The notes under the pieces are model-generated. The model had not been told where the DNA came from. It saw only the letters and a list, made by a program, of their open reading frames with translations, and ran no database searches. Position numbers and translations under genes: made by a program. Shown here one piece after another: positions 45,178 to 55,319 of a stretch of 60,959 nt of DNA. Source of the DNA: an uncultured Alphaproteobacteria bacterium. GTDB taxonomy: Bacteria; Pseudomonadota; Alphaproteobacteria; RF32; CAG-239. The first letter of the stretch is position 1; every line of letters begins with the position of its first letter. Location of the stretch: NCBI GenBank assembly GCA_946629975.1, contig CAMOYJ010000002.1, positions 1-60,959 of the forward strand, written 5' to 3'.

Positions 45178-46154
45178 ATCACCTTTTGCATTAAGGTTGA
45201 AAGAGCATAATTTTTAATTTCTTGAGGCTTGATAAAAAAGCCGTCTGAAAATATTTTATCTGTTTTGAGTTTGAAAATTTTCAAATTCATATCAATATGT
45301 GTAAAAATGTGTGAAACGCTTGAACCTGTATCAAGAGCTTCATCAAAGAGTTTTTTATCGCTCCATATAAATTCATAAAGTCCTGAAAGCAAACCTTTTT
45401 CCGTGCGCTTTCGGATCAAAATTTCGCCTTTTGAATTTTGAATAATATAAACATATCCGTCAAATTTTTTCTTAGCTGTTTTTTTGCGTGCCGGAATTTG
45501 CTCCAAATCAGGCCCCCCTTTAGATTTGCAAAACTTTTGAATAGGGCAGAGGGAACATAGAGGTTTTTTAGGCGTGCAAATCGTTGCGCCCAAATCCATA
45601 ATGGCGGAAGCGTAATCTGCTGCGTGTTTTTTGTCGGTCAAAGCTTCTGCTTTTTTCCTGATTTGGTCCATAATTTCATCTTGAGGTGATGTCAAATGAT
45701 AAAGCCGGCAGATAATGCGCACAACATTGCCGTCAACAACTGTTTCCGGCGCATTAAAGGCAAGCGCCAAAAAGCTTGCGATGGTGTATGGCCCAAGCCC
45801 TTTAAGCTTCAAAACATCTTCTTTTTTGTGCGGAAAGATGCCTTTAAAGTCATATACAATCATTTCTGCGCTTTTTTTGAGGCTTCTTGCGCGCGTGTAA
45901 TAACCAAGTCCTTGCCAATAAAGATTGACTTCTTCTTGCGATGCTTTAGCCAAACTTTCAACATTTGGAAAACGTTTGATAAACTTGTCAAAATAAGACA
46001 ACACGGTTTTAACGGTTGTTTGCTGAAGCATGAGTTCCGAAACAAGCACAATATAAGGATTCGGGTGTGCACCGCCTTTAAAGCGCCACGGCAATTCCCG
46101 CCCGTTTTTTTCATACCAGCTCAAAAGCAATTTCGAAAATTCATTTTCCATCAA
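45156..46154 (-). CDS. mutY: A/G-specific adenine glycosylase MutY
   Basis: RELPWR, SELMLQQT, WQGLGYY, VDGNV.R, MDLGATIC, CxxxxPxCxxCP FeS loop. Confidence 0.93.
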   Translation of the reverse strand: MMENEFSKLLLSWYEKNGRELPWRFKGGAHPNPYIVLVSELMLQQTTVKTVLSYFDKFIKRFPNVESLAKASQEEVNLYWQGLGYYTRARSLKKSAEMIVYDFKGIFPHKKEDVLKLKGLGPYTIASFLALAFNAPETVVDGNVVRIICRLYHLTSPQDEIMDQIRKKAEALTDKKHAADYASAIMDLGATICTPKKPLCSLCPIQKFCKSKGGPDLEQIPARKKTAKKKFDGYVYIIQNSKGEILIRKRTEKGLLSGLYEFIWSDKKLFDEALDTGSSVSHIFTHIDMNLKIFKLKTDKIFSDGFFIKPQEIKNYALSTLMQKVIKKTELI

Positions 46155-46155
46155 A

Positions 46156-48423
46156 TCAAATCCCGGTTTTCAAAAGATTGCCTTTAAGCGATGGTTCAAC
46201 ATCAACAAATGCCATCAATTTTTTTGCAGTTTCCTTGACTTGTTTTGATGTATAAGGCTTGTAGCAAAAATCCATCTGATAAAATGAAGAATTAATATCT
46301 TTGGCAATACTTGCCGCGCAAAACGGCAATTTGTCGAACATCATTGTTTGGCAGGGCACAGATAGCGCCTCAAAATACTTACCGTCTTTTGAAAGATTAA
46401 TCCATTTTAGCCCGCCATCACAATGTGCACAGTCGTTTTTTCTGATACAAACGGCGCTTGTAAAAAGCGGCACATCTTGATAAATAATAAATGAGGTTGG
46501 CAGAAAAGCTTTATCTGCAAGTTCTTTGATGTTCGCGCTCGTATCTTCCATCGCAAATGAAATGCGCGTTGCGTTGATGTTGCGCGCCATCATCATCGCT
46601 TCCGTATTTAAGGTGTATAAAAACGGCGCAAATGAAACATCATATTTTTTTGCATCAATTATTTGCAGCCCCCAATAGTTTGCAACTTCCCATTTTTTGA
46701 AGCCCAAATCCATCAGTTTTTGGATAACAGGCATCAAAAGCTCAGGCTTTCGGCAAACGGTTGGCAATGATATGCGAATCTTTTCAAAGGGTAGGGCAGA
46801 AAGCTTTTCAAAATCAGGTTTATCACCAATCAAATAAATAATCTCATCAAAGAGCTCGAGGTCAAGTTCATCTAAAAGGTGAAGATTGTCTGTTTTAATA
46901 ATCCAACCAGCTTTTTGGTTTTCAATCGGCTTGGGCAAAACAGAAAGTGTGCCTTGTTTTAAATCAGGCTTAATTTTTTCATATAATCCACGCCGCAAGT
47001 TGTTGACTGTTGACGCCGGCACAAAAAGCTCAGAAGGATTTTTGAGCTCAAAACGCCCAAGTTCAAAAGCCGTTTCCCCTGTTTTTTGAAAGCTTTTCAA
47101 AAAGGCGTCATAAACTTGGTTCAAATCTTTGGCTTTTTCAAATGTGCCGATAACCTCAAAAGAAACCCCTTTTGAATTGGCAACAATCTTATCTTCGAAA
47201 ACTTCAACTTTCACATCAACATTTATTTTGTTTTGAAATTCTTTGGGCTTGGGCTTTGCGTAATCATAAGCTCCTTTAACTTTTGAAGATGATGCCAAAT
47301 AAACATCCATACCTTTCTTTAAGGTTGGATACCCTCTCGGCAACTCAATTTCAACGGCAATATTTTTTTGTGCCTCAAACACATTTTTGCCGTTTTGCCT
47401 GATGCTTTGAATCGAAAATCCGAAAGGCTTTTCTTGCCCCTCAACATCAATTTGCAACCCGTCAAACCGGCCGAAAGGATGTGTCGGTGTAAAAATAAGT
47501 TTGCCTTTGGAAATGTTTTCAATTTTGCCGATTTTAAGCCCTCTGTGCCCAACAAAATCAGGATCGACAATATTCTTATCTTTGCCTAAAACATGAAATT
47601 TGCACCACGGGCGCGAAAAAATCTGTTTGATGTTTTCGGCTCGTTTTAAATCAGGTTTTTGACCGTCCAAAATTTGCCTGTAATAATCAGTCACAGCCCC
47701 GACATAAAGCGCGTTTTTTTTGCGCCCTTCAATTTTAAGCGATGTGGCTTTGAGTTTTAAAACATCTTTTTCAAGCGCCATATCTTTCATTGAAAAAATG
47801 TGTTTGCCATCGCCTTGCTGCCCAAAACAAGCTCTGCAGGGGTATAAACACTTTCCTCTGTTAGCGCTTTTGCCATATTCGATTGCCGAAAATTCGCAAA
47901 TCCCGCTATAAGAATAACAAAGCGCACCGTGTATGAACACTTCCGTTTCCAAACCTTCTATCGAAGCAATATCGTTGATTTCTTGCAAAGTGAGCTCACG
48001 CGCCAAAACCACGCGCGAAAACCCGAGACTTTTCAAAAACAAAGCCCCCTCTTTGTTGTGCACGGCCATCTGTGTACTGGCATGCATCTCTATTTCGGGG
48101 TATTGCGTTTTAATAAGGTTGGCAACGCCCAAATCCTGCAATATCACAGCATCAATTTTGCATTTTGAGCATATATCCAAATTTTTAACCAAATCAGGCA
48201 GTTCATGTTCTTGCAAAACTGTGTTGATGGTCACATACACTTTGCGCTTTAAGTGGTGGGCATAGGCGGTGATTTCATTGAGCTCGTTTTCATCAAAATT
48301 GGTTGCACTTGCGCGTGCCGAAAAATTCTTTAATCCCAAATAGACGGCGTCAGCGCCATAATATAGCGCCGCATAAGCTGCCTCAATATCACCGGCCGGA
48401 GCCAAAAGTTCTGTTTTCATCAT
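46156..48423 (-). CDS. peptidase U32 family protein (RlhA-like, long form)
   Basis: ELLAPAG, HASTQM, LAREL, FIHGALCYSYSGIC, SANRGKCLYPCR, LKIEGR. Confidence 0.88.
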   Translation of the reverse strand: MMKTELLAPAGDIEAAYAALYYGADAVYLGLKNFSARASATNFDENELNEITAYAHHLKRKVYVTINTVLQEHELPDLVKNLDICSKCKIDAVILQDLGVANLIKTQYPEIEMHASTQMAVHNKEGALFLKSLGFSRVVLARELTLQEINDIASIEGLETEVFIHGALCYSYSGICEFSAIEYGKSANRGKCLYPCRACFGQQGDGKHIFSMKDMALEKDVLKLKATSLKIEGRKKNALYVGAVTDYYRQILDGQKPDLKRAENIKQIFSRPWCKFHVLGKDKNIVDPDFVGHRGLKIGKIENISKGKLIFTPTHPFGRFDGLQIDVEGQEKPFGFSIQSIRQNGKNVFEAQKNIAVEIELPRGYPTLKKGMDVYLASSSKVKGAYDYAKPKPKEFQNKINVDVKVEVFEDKIVANSKGVSFEVIGTFEKAKDLNQVYDAFLKSFQKTGETAFELGRFELKNPSELFVPASTVNNLRRGLYEKIKPDLKQGTLSVLPKPIENQKAGWIIKTDNLHLLDELDLELFDEIIYLIGDKPDFEKLSALPFEKIRISLPTVCRKPELLMPVIQKLMDLGFKKWEVANYWGLQIIDAKKYDVSFAPFLYTLNTEAMMMARNINATRISFAMEDTSANIKELADKAFLPTSFIIYQDVPLFTSAVCIRKNDCAHCDGGLKWINLSKDGKYFEALSVPCQTMMFDKLPFCAASIAKDINSSFYQMDFCYKPYTSKQVKETAKKLMAFVDVEPSLKGNLLKTGI

Positions 48424-48476
48424 GTTTTTTCTCTATCCGCTAACCGCTCAAAAGTCAAGAAAAAACAAACTGTATT

Positions 48477-50264
48477 TTACTTGCTCAGCTTCTTATCCAG
48501 TCTCTCTAACTCATCGATATATGATGAAATGAGCTTCAAACCCTTGCCCCAAAACTTAGGATCATTCGGGTTCAAATCAAACGGTTTCAAAATTTTTTCA
48601 TAATCGCCGATGGCCGTTTGGCTCAAAAGATGTAAATACTTTTTAGGAAAGTCTTTGACCTTGCCTTCCTGATAAACCTGATAAAGCGAGTTGACCAAAC
48701 AGTCAGCAAACGAATAAGCATAAACATAAAACGGCAGGAAAAAGAAGTGCCCGACCTGCGACCAGATGTATTTAGCATCGTCGCCGACTTCAACATAGTC
48801 GCCCAAGCTTGCTTTCATTTCTTCCATCCAAATTTCACATAATCTTTCTTCTGAAAGCTCGCCCTTTTTGCGCTCCTCGTGCGCCCGTGTTTCAAAAAAG
48901 TGGAATGCGATTTGGCGAATGGCGGTGTTGATCATATCAGAAACTTTTGAAGCAATTAAACAAAGTTTTGCCTTGTCGTCTTTTAAGCTTGAGAGCAAAC
49001 CTTGGAAAACAAGCATTTCTCCGAAAACGGAAGCCACTTCTTCGGTTGTCATACGCGAATGTTCGTTCAAATCGCCGTTTCTGAGCCTCAACTGGTGGTG
49101 GCAGCCGTGTCCTAATTCGTGTGCCAATGTCAAAACATCATTTTGTTTGCCCACAAAGTTTAAGAACAAATACGGATGCTCGCTTGCAATCGGCCCGCTG
49201 CAAAACGCACCGCTTCTTTTGCCGTCACGCGGCGGCACATCAATCCAGTTGTTTTTGAAAAAGTCTTCGGCAATTTTCTTCAAGTCCGGCGAAAATTTTT
49301 CATAACCGTTCAAAACGGTTTTAACGGCCTCATCCCAAGTGTATGTTGCGTCAGCAGAAAAGGGCAGGGGTGCATTTCTGTCCCAATAACTGATTTTTTT
49401 CAAACCAAGCCATTTGGCTTTGAGCTTATAAAAGCGGTGGGCAATATTTTTATAATTATCTTTAACGGTTTGAGAGAGCGTATCAACAACCTCATCTCTC
49501 ACATCTTCGGCCATGTTGCGAGCTGAAACAGGCTTTTTGAACCCGCGCTTATTGTCCTCAATAGCTTTGTCCTTGATGACCATATTATAAATCAGTGTAA
49601 AGAGTGGCGCATTTTCTTTAGCAACACGGTTTAATTCTGCTCCTGCCTTGTGGCGTACATCAGCGCTCTTATCCAAAAGCAGTTTTGAAATTTCGGCATC
49701 ATTATATTTTTTGCCGTCAACGGTGTATGTGAGTCTTGAAGATGTCTCTTCATAGAGCCTGACCCATGCTTCAGATGATGTCACCGATTTTTCGAGCAAA
49801 ACTTCTTCAACTTCTTCAGAAAGTTCATATTTTTTATATTTGCGCACGCGTTTGATAAACGGTTTATAAAAAGCAACTTTTTCGTTTTTGAACCACTCAT
49901 TTATTTTTGATTCGGGCAATTTGTTGAGCTCTAACGAAAAGAAAACGGTGGGTTTTGCAAAGTCTGTCAGTTTTTCTGATATATTTTGATAAAAAATCAT
50001 GGCTTTGGGATTTTTCATCTGCGTTGACATATTAAGATATGCAAATCCGCCCAATCTTCCGCCCAAAACAGAATTTTTTTCCAAGAGTTTTAAAGCGCTC
50101 AAAAATTCTTCGGCAGATAATTTTTCAAGCTTGCCCTTAAACTTTTTTTGCAAAGCAAGTGCATTTTTCTTATATCGGCTCAAGTCTTTTTCAATTTGCG
50201 GATCATCAAGACCTTTATATAAATCGCTCAAATCCCATGCGGGCAAATTATTTAATTTCGTCAT
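48477..50264 (-). CDS. pepF: M3 family oligoendopeptidase F
   Basis: WDLSDLY, WDRNAPL, GKRSGAF, TLAHELGHG (HExxH), FYVYAY. Confidence 0.92.
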   Translation of the reverse strand: MTKLNNLPAWDLSDLYKGLDDPQIEKDLSRYKKNALALQKKFKGKLEKLSAEEFLSALKLLEKNSVLGGRLGGFAYLNMSTQMKNPKAMIFYQNISEKLTDFAKPTVFFSLELNKLPESKINEWFKNEKVAFYKPFIKRVRKYKKYELSEEVEEVLLEKSVTSSEAWVRLYEETSSRLTYTVDGKKYNDAEISKLLLDKSADVRHKAGAELNRVAKENAPLFTLIYNMVIKDKAIEDNKRGFKKPVSARNMAEDVRDEVVDTLSQTVKDNYKNIAHRFYKLKAKWLGLKKISYWDRNAPLPFSADATYTWDEAVKTVLNGYEKFSPDLKKIAEDFFKNNWIDVPPRDGKRSGAFCSGPIASEHPYLFLNFVGKQNDVLTLAHELGHGCHHQLRLRNGDLNEHSRMTTEEVASVFGEMLVFQGLLSSLKDDKAKLCLIASKVSDMINTAIRQIAFHFFETRAHEERKKGELSEERLCEIWMEEMKASLGDYVEVGDDAKYIWSQVGHFFFLPFYVYAYSFADCLVNSLYQVYQEGKVKDFPKKYLHLLSQTAIGDYEKILKPFDLNPNDPKFWGKGLKLISSYIDELERLDKKLSK

Positions 50265-50706
50265 TTTTCTTTTCCTCTAATTGCATTTCAAGTTCAATTC
50301 CTTTTTTGTTTAGCTCTTCCATTTCTTGAACAATATTTTGGTGTTCTAAATAGAAAGCTTTGAGTTCTTCATCATCAGGCTCAATTTCCTTGTCTAAGAC
50401 AGGCTCAAAATAATAGTTGGCATAGGGTGTTTCTTGGCGCCCCTCAAGCCATGCGTTAAAGCCGTCCTTCATCACCTTAAAATCGCAGGCATTGTTTTGA
50501 ACAATGGCTTTGGCTTGGCACCAAATGCTTTTCTTTTCGTGGCAGGCATAAAGCTTGTCCATCAATTGGTGCGTACAGGGAATAAACCCGCGTTCCAATC
50601 TGTCTGCACGCGGTGCAAAAAAGATAATCGCCAAAAACGCAAAATAAAGGGCAAAAATCCCTCCGCACACAATCCAAAAAAGATGTTTTTTCAAAAACTG
50701 AAACAT
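50248..50706 (-). CDS. hypothetical membrane-anchored protein with four Cys
   Basis: One N-terminal TM (start MFQFLKK), overlaps pepF and abuts glmU. Confidence 0.65.
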   Translation of the reverse strand: MFQFLKKHLFWIVCGGIFALYFAFLAIIFFAPRADRLERGFIPCTHQLMDKLYACHEKKSIWCQAKAIVQNNACDFKVMKDGFNAWLEGRQETPYANYYFEPVLDKEIEPDDEELKAFYLEHQNIVQEMEELNKKGIELEMQLEEKKNDEIK

Positions 50707-50707
50707 T

Positions 50708-51430
50708 TTAACGTTTCTCCAAATAGCTTTCCAAGAGCGCAAGTTCTTCACGTGTGTTTGCACTTGCAACTTCTTCGGGTTTGCCTTCAATAGCGGTGCA
50801 TTTAAGCCCCATTTTGCGCGCAATTTCGACTGCATCAGTCAAATAATATTCGCCGGCGGCATTATTATGCTTGATTTTTGCTAAAATTTCAAACAGATAT
50901 TTTCCGTTAAAGGCCATGCAACCGGAGTTGCAAAAATCAATAGCGCGCTCATCGTCGGTTGCATCTTTATATTCCACAATCTTTTCAAGCTCATTGCCGT
51001 TCATCTTGAGCCTGCCGTAACGCGCAGCATCTTGCGGCTTAAAACCCAAAACGACAACGGCAAAACCTTCGTGCACTTTTTGTGCCGAGCGCAAAAAAGT
51101 TTCTTTTGTAATGAGCGGTGTGTCGCCGAAAATCACCAAAACGGTGCCATCAAAGCCTTTTAAGAGCTCGCGTGCACAGTTCACGGCGTGCCCCGTTCCG
51201 AGTTGCTGATCCTGAACACAAGTTTTATAAGGCGCAACTTCTTTTTTAACAATCTCTCCGTCAGGTGAAATAACGGTCACAATTTCATCGGCTTTCAAAT
51301 CTTCTAATGTGTCAATGATTCGCTTAATCATCGATTTTCCCTTAACCGGCATCATCACTTTAGGCAAATCCGATTTCATACGCGTGCCTTTTCCGGCACC
51401 CAAAATAACAGCAGCAATTTTGTTGTTCAT
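50708..51430 (-). CDS. glmU: GlmU N-terminal uridyltransferase domain only
   Basis: LGAGKGTRMKSDLPKV, QQLGTGHAV, GDTPLI, YGR, IVEYKDA, GEYYLTD; stops at 240 aa with no hexapeptide acetyltransferase domain. Confidence 0.85.
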   Translation of the reverse strand: MNNKIAAVILGAGKGTRMKSDLPKVMMPVKGKSMIKRIIDTLEDLKADEIVTVISPDGEIVKKEVAPYKTCVQDQQLGTGHAVNCARELLKGFDGTVLVIFGDTPLITKETFLRSAQKVHEGFAVVVLGFKPQDAARYGRLKMNGNELEKIVEYKDATDDERAIDFCNSGCMAFNGKYLFEILAKIKHNNAAGEYYLTDAVEIARKMGLKCTAIEGKPEEVASANTREELALLESYLEKR

Positions 51431-51525
51431 AAGTAGGCCTTTCTTTAAAAATTTTTATTAACTTTTAATAACTGGAGTATATAATAACAAATGTGTCGGA
51501 AATGTTAATACAAAGGATCAATTTT

Positions 51526-53598
51526 ATGAAAAAACTTTTTCTTGCAATATGTTTCATACTTTGTCTGTCGTTTTCTCGTAACTTGTCCGCCGCAGTTTCA
51601 AATATTGAAGAAGCGGCGCACCAATCAGCTGAGCCAAAGCCCCTAGAACAGCTTACGCCGGAGGGGTTGCCCGACCCCAAAAATATTGAAGAGGTTCGTG
51701 CCTTTTTTAGGAAGCGTTTTCAAACGGCTGTTGTAAGTGATGCTTCTGATTTGGGAGATTTGAATAAAGCAAATTCAATGGATGTTCAGCATAGCACGGA
51801 ATATATCAAGCAGATACAAGAACAAAAAAAATCTGCCTTTGAAAAAATATATGATCAAATGCTTGATCGCTTAAATGCGCCTCAGGCAGAATTTTCACCC
51901 GATACGGTTTTTTATGAACAATTAAACAATCCCACAACATCGCGCAATGAAAATATCGATATATCTGTTGTACGTGTTCGTTTGCCAAACGGCAATATCA
52001 TTTTAGCACCCGCTCGTGAGCATATTCCTTATCTTTTATCGTCATTTAACATTTTGCCGACTGGTCTAATTGAGGTTGAAGAAGATGTTGTTGTTGTTGC
52101 AAACGGTGAAAAGTTGAAAAACGGGCTGATCAAAACAATGCCGAAATACACAAATTCACGTGGAAATGTTAAAAAGAAAATAGATGTTGATCTTTTATCT
52201 GTCACATTAAACGGAAAAGAAATAGGATATAAATTACAAGAAATTGGTAATACGATTTTGTTCACACCTAAAGAAAAATATGAATTAGAGCCTGGTGTAT
52301 ATACATATCGTTTTAAATATCTTCTTGATCGTAAATTATGGTATTATGATCAGTTCACAGAGTTTTATACTGATATCGCAGGCAGCTATCCGAATCTTGT
52401 GGTTGCATCTGCAAATGCTATTGTATCAATTCCGGATGGCCGTAACTTTATGTCGCAGCTTGCTATGTCTGGTGCGCCTGATAATTTGATTGTCAATCGA
52501 ACGGTTATTGTGCATTTAAGCCAAAACGCACTGGGTTTTGCATCTCTTATTCCGCTTGCCAGCAATGAGGGAATGCACATCTTAGTTTCGCTTGATAAAG
52601 CCATTTTCGACACACCGAGTTTAGGTCAACGATTTGTTTGGTTTATTACCGATTATGGCGATGTTTTGTTCACATTGCTGGGCTTTGCGGTTATTTTTGT
52701 TTCATATCTTTTATCATGGAAATATATTCAAGAAAACAAATCTCGCCTAAACGTTCGTTTCAAACAAACGGCGCCCTTGAGCAGATATATTCTAAAAGGC
52801 ATATATGATAAACGCTCATTTGTTTCCGCACTGCTTGATTTGGTGCGCTATAAGGTTTTGGATATCAAAGAAGAAGGAAAAACATATACTTTGATCAAAA
52901 AAACGGATAGTTTAAAGAAATTACCGGTTGGTTTGAAAATAGTAATGAATATTTTGTTTGGCAAATCAGAAACTTCAGTGGACATAACTCCTAAAAACAG
53001 GTTAAAATTCGACCGTGCACTCAAAAAACATGAATCTTATGTTCAAAGATATTTCAAGTTTTTAACCATGCGCTTAAACATGTGGTATCTCTTATTCAGC
53101 ATTTCAATGTTGGTTTTAACATTGGTTGCTGTTTCCTACATTGCCATCAATCCGCTTGAAACAATGCTGATTTTAATTTCGGCAGTGATAACGCTTACTT
53201 TTTATTTGTGGATTTTACGCTATAATTTTGCAAAAAGATGGGTGCGGCTGAGTGTTAAAATTTTGGCAGGTATATTTGTTGTTCTTACAATTTTGTTGCT
53301 TAGTGTTTATGTTCACTTCATCAGCGCTTTGCTTTTAGCAATAACCGTGTATGTTATATTAGAATATTCAGCACGTTTTTCTGCTAAAAACGGTTTGATT
53401 AAAAACAAAGAACAAGAGCTTGTAAGTTTGTATAAATACTTAAAGACAAACGCTTCAACCATTAGCAAATCAAAAGAGTTCGAGGTCGAGCAGGCCAATA
53501 TTTTTGCTTTTGAATTGGAGGAAAAATACGAGCAAAATCCGAAAAATCAAAAAGTATATAAGCTTGACTTAGCAAGTGAACTTTTGAAGGTTCTGTAA
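51526..53598 (+). CDS. DUF2207-like membrane protein
   Basis: Signal peptide, periplasmic domain (GLIEVEEDV..VYTYRFKY), ALLDL..K motif, multiple C-terminal TMs. Confidence 0.65.
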   Translation: MKKLFLAICFILCLSFSRNLSAAVSNIEEAAHQSAEPKPLEQLTPEGLPDPKNIEEVRAFFRKRFQTAVVSDASDLGDLNKANSMDVQHSTEYIKQIQEQKKSAFEKIYDQMLDRLNAPQAEFSPDTVFYEQLNNPTTSRNENIDISVVRVRLPNGNIILAPAREHIPYLLSSFNILPTGLIEVEEDVVVVANGEKLKNGLIKTMPKYTNSRGNVKKKIDVDLLSVTLNGKEIGYKLQEIGNTILFTPKEKYELEPGVYTYRFKYLLDRKLWYYDQFTEFYTDIAGSYPNLVVASANAIVSIPDGRNFMSQLAMSGAPDNLIVNRTVIVHLSQNALGFASLIPLASNEGMHILVSLDKAIFDTPSLGQRFVWFITDYGDVLFTLLGFAVIFVSYLLSWKYIQENKSRLNVRFKQTAPLSRYILKGIYDKRSFVSALLDLVRYKVLDIKEEGKTYTLIKKTDSLKKLPVGLKIVMNILFGKSETSVDITPKNRLKFDRALKKHESYVQRYFKFLTMRLNMWYLLFSISMLVLTLVAVSYIAINPLETMLILISAVITLTFYLWILRYNFAKRWVRLSVKILAGIFVVLTILLLSVYVHFISALLLAITVYVILEYSARFSAKNGLIKNKEQELVSLYKYLKTNASTISKSKEFEVEQANIFAFELEEKYEQNPKNQKVYKLDLASELLKVL

Positions 53599-53613
53599 TA
53601 TATCTCGAACAAA

Positions 53614-53656
53614 AGAAAAACCGCCGAAACAAAAAAAGTTTTCGGCGGTTTTTCTT
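53614..53656. terminator. bidirectional terminator
   Basis: AAGAAAAACCGCCGAAA / TTTCGGCGGTTTTTCTT inverted repeat between convergent genes. Confidence 0.8.
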
Positions 53657-54302
53657 AACGCATTTTTTTGATTGCAAGCACCTCATTTGGAAAAATCGTA
53701 TAAACATTATACGCAAAGTGATCGCCAATCGTTAAGTCGGAAGAATCAGTTTCTGCAAGTTTTGAGGCCTTCACATAAATCATGTTGCCTTGAACCGTTT
53801 CAATCACAACAGTCTTAATCGGCGTGAAAGTCAGCGAATACCTCATATCGAGTGTAAACATATTTTTCACATCAGCTTCAATCGGATCTGATGCCACCAA
53901 ATATGTTCCGACCCCGGGTCTCATAGCATTGACTTTAGCAGGCTCACCATCATGACATTTAAGCTTATCAATAGAGGCAATTTCATCAGGAATTTCGTAA
54001 TATACCGTTGCTCTGATTTCATCACCGAGATGCAGCTCTCCGCCGTAAAAATTAAGCCGCCTTAAATAATACCATTTTCCGCCGTCCACTTCCATCAGAT
54101 AAACTTTGAAGGGGTAGGGGATTTCGCGCCGCATGCTGATTTCCCAGAGCTGTGTGATTGTTGAATAAGGCTCGGGTTGCACAGGGTTCTGAGGCTTCTC
54201 TTCTTCCCGCACAAATTGCGGTGAAACAGGATCTTCCTTTTCGCAAGCCTGAACGCTATAAAGCGTTACAAAAGCTGCCAGAAATAATAATACCTTTTTC
54301 AT
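53655..54302 (-). CDS. hypothetical lipoprotein with an internal tandem domain duplication
   Basis: Lipobox VQAC followed by acidic EKEDP; two similar ~65-aa beta-rich repeats. Confidence 0.7.
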   Translation of the reverse strand: MKKVLLFLAAFVTLYSVQACEKEDPVSPQFVREEEKPQNPVQPEPYSTITQLWEISMRREIPYPFKVYLMEVDGGKWYYLRRLNFYGGELHLGDEIRATVYYEIPDEIASIDKLKCHDGEPAKVNAMRPGVGTYLVASDPIEADVKNMFTLDMRYSLTFTPIKTVVIETVQGNMIYVKASKLAETDSSDLTIGDHFAYNVYTIFPNEVLAIKKMR

Positions 54303-54379
54303 TCTTATAAAAATTTAAATGTTATAATACTTTTCAAACGGCAACTATTGTAGCACTTTTTTGATAAATGTCCAGCCAT

Positions 54380-54405
54380 AAAAAAACTCCGATATATCAT
54401 CGGAG
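54380..54405 (-). terminator. intrinsic terminator after the 54428-54733 ORF
   Basis: CTCCGAT/ATCGGAG stem with A7 on +. Confidence 0.6.
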
Positions 54406-54427
54406 CTGATTGTTGAGCTGAATCAAC

Positions 54428-54733
54428 TTACTGAGCATTTGCAAGATTTTGCAAATTTGAAATAATGCTTTCGGCGGTAGATTGCGATTCAGCACTGATC
54501 CCAACAGATTGTAATGCCAATTTTTTCATACATGTTTTAACCAAATCCGAAGCAGTTTCTTTAATACTGGCAGTAAAAAGAGTTCCGGCCTGATATCTTG
54601 AATTTGCTTCAGCAAACAAACAAGTTTTCATTTGAGCATTAGCCGAGCTGGCGGTTCCGCTTCCGGATAATCCCGAAAATTCGGAACAAGCAGCGAGCAT
54701 CATAAGCGCACCTAAAAGAGCAAATTTTTCCAT
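54428..54733 (-). CDS. small hypothetical lipoprotein
   Basis: MEKFALLGALMMLAAC lipobox, SD GAAGGA. Confidence 0.7.
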   Translation of the reverse strand: MEKFALLGALMMLAACSEFSGLSGSGTASSANAQMKTCLFAEANSRYQAGTLFTASIKETASDLVKTCMKKLALQSVGISAESQSTAESIISNLQNLANAQ

Positions 54734-54820
54734 ATTTGATGTTCCTTCTATCAATTACACAACAACCTCATGCTACAGAAAAAAACGCAAAACTTAAAGA
54801 AAATCCTCAAAGTCATTCAC

Positions 54821-54857
54821 AAAAAAACGCTTGGGATATAATTCCCAAGCGTTTTTT
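54821..54857. terminator. terminator closing the three-paralog operon
   Basis: AAAAAACGCTTGGGA/TCCCAAGCGTTTTTT perfect inverted repeat. Confidence 0.8.
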
Positions 54858-55316
54858 CTAAGTTGTTTCAGCAAGCTCCTTCAATCGTTCTCTTGCCCAA
54901 ATTTTCTTTTGCTCATCCCAACCGGAAAAAGCAATCATCTGAGAAAAGACAACAAGCTCAGAAGGGACACTCACGGCAGCGTGCTCAAAAAAGGTTGAAG
55001 CGTTTTTCTTGCTTGCCTTGTCCACAATAGCGAAGAAAGGTTTTGCCTCAAATCTGATTTCAAACTCACCGCGTGACACCATGTATGGCAAAAAATCATT
55101 GCTTTCACGAATGAAAAAGCCATATCCCCCGGCAGATGTTTGTCCGTTCATGCAGAAAACCTCTTGCCACTTTCCTCTGGTGTTGAGCGTTTTCATACAT
55201 GGCACACAACCGCCGCAAAGATAGATAGGCGCGTGTGTGCGAATTTTAAGACGAACGGGCGGATATTTCCTTGAGTTCTGCGGCCAGCCGAAACCGGCAT
55301 TTTTCTTCTTGCTCAT
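54858..55316 (-). CDS. hypothetical protein, tandem paralog 3
   Basis: Shares GF..Y.PV.LKI and FEAKPFF...AS..N...FF..A with its neighbours. Confidence 0.75.
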   Translation of the reverse strand: MSKKKNAGFGWPQNSRKYPPVRLKIRTHAPIYLCGGCVPCMKTLNTRGKWQEVFCMNGQTSAGGYGFFIRESNDFLPYMVSRGEFEIRFEAKPFFAIVDKASKKNASTFFEHAAVSVPSELVVFSQMIAFSGWDEQKKIWARERLKELAETT

Positions 55317-55319
55317 AGG

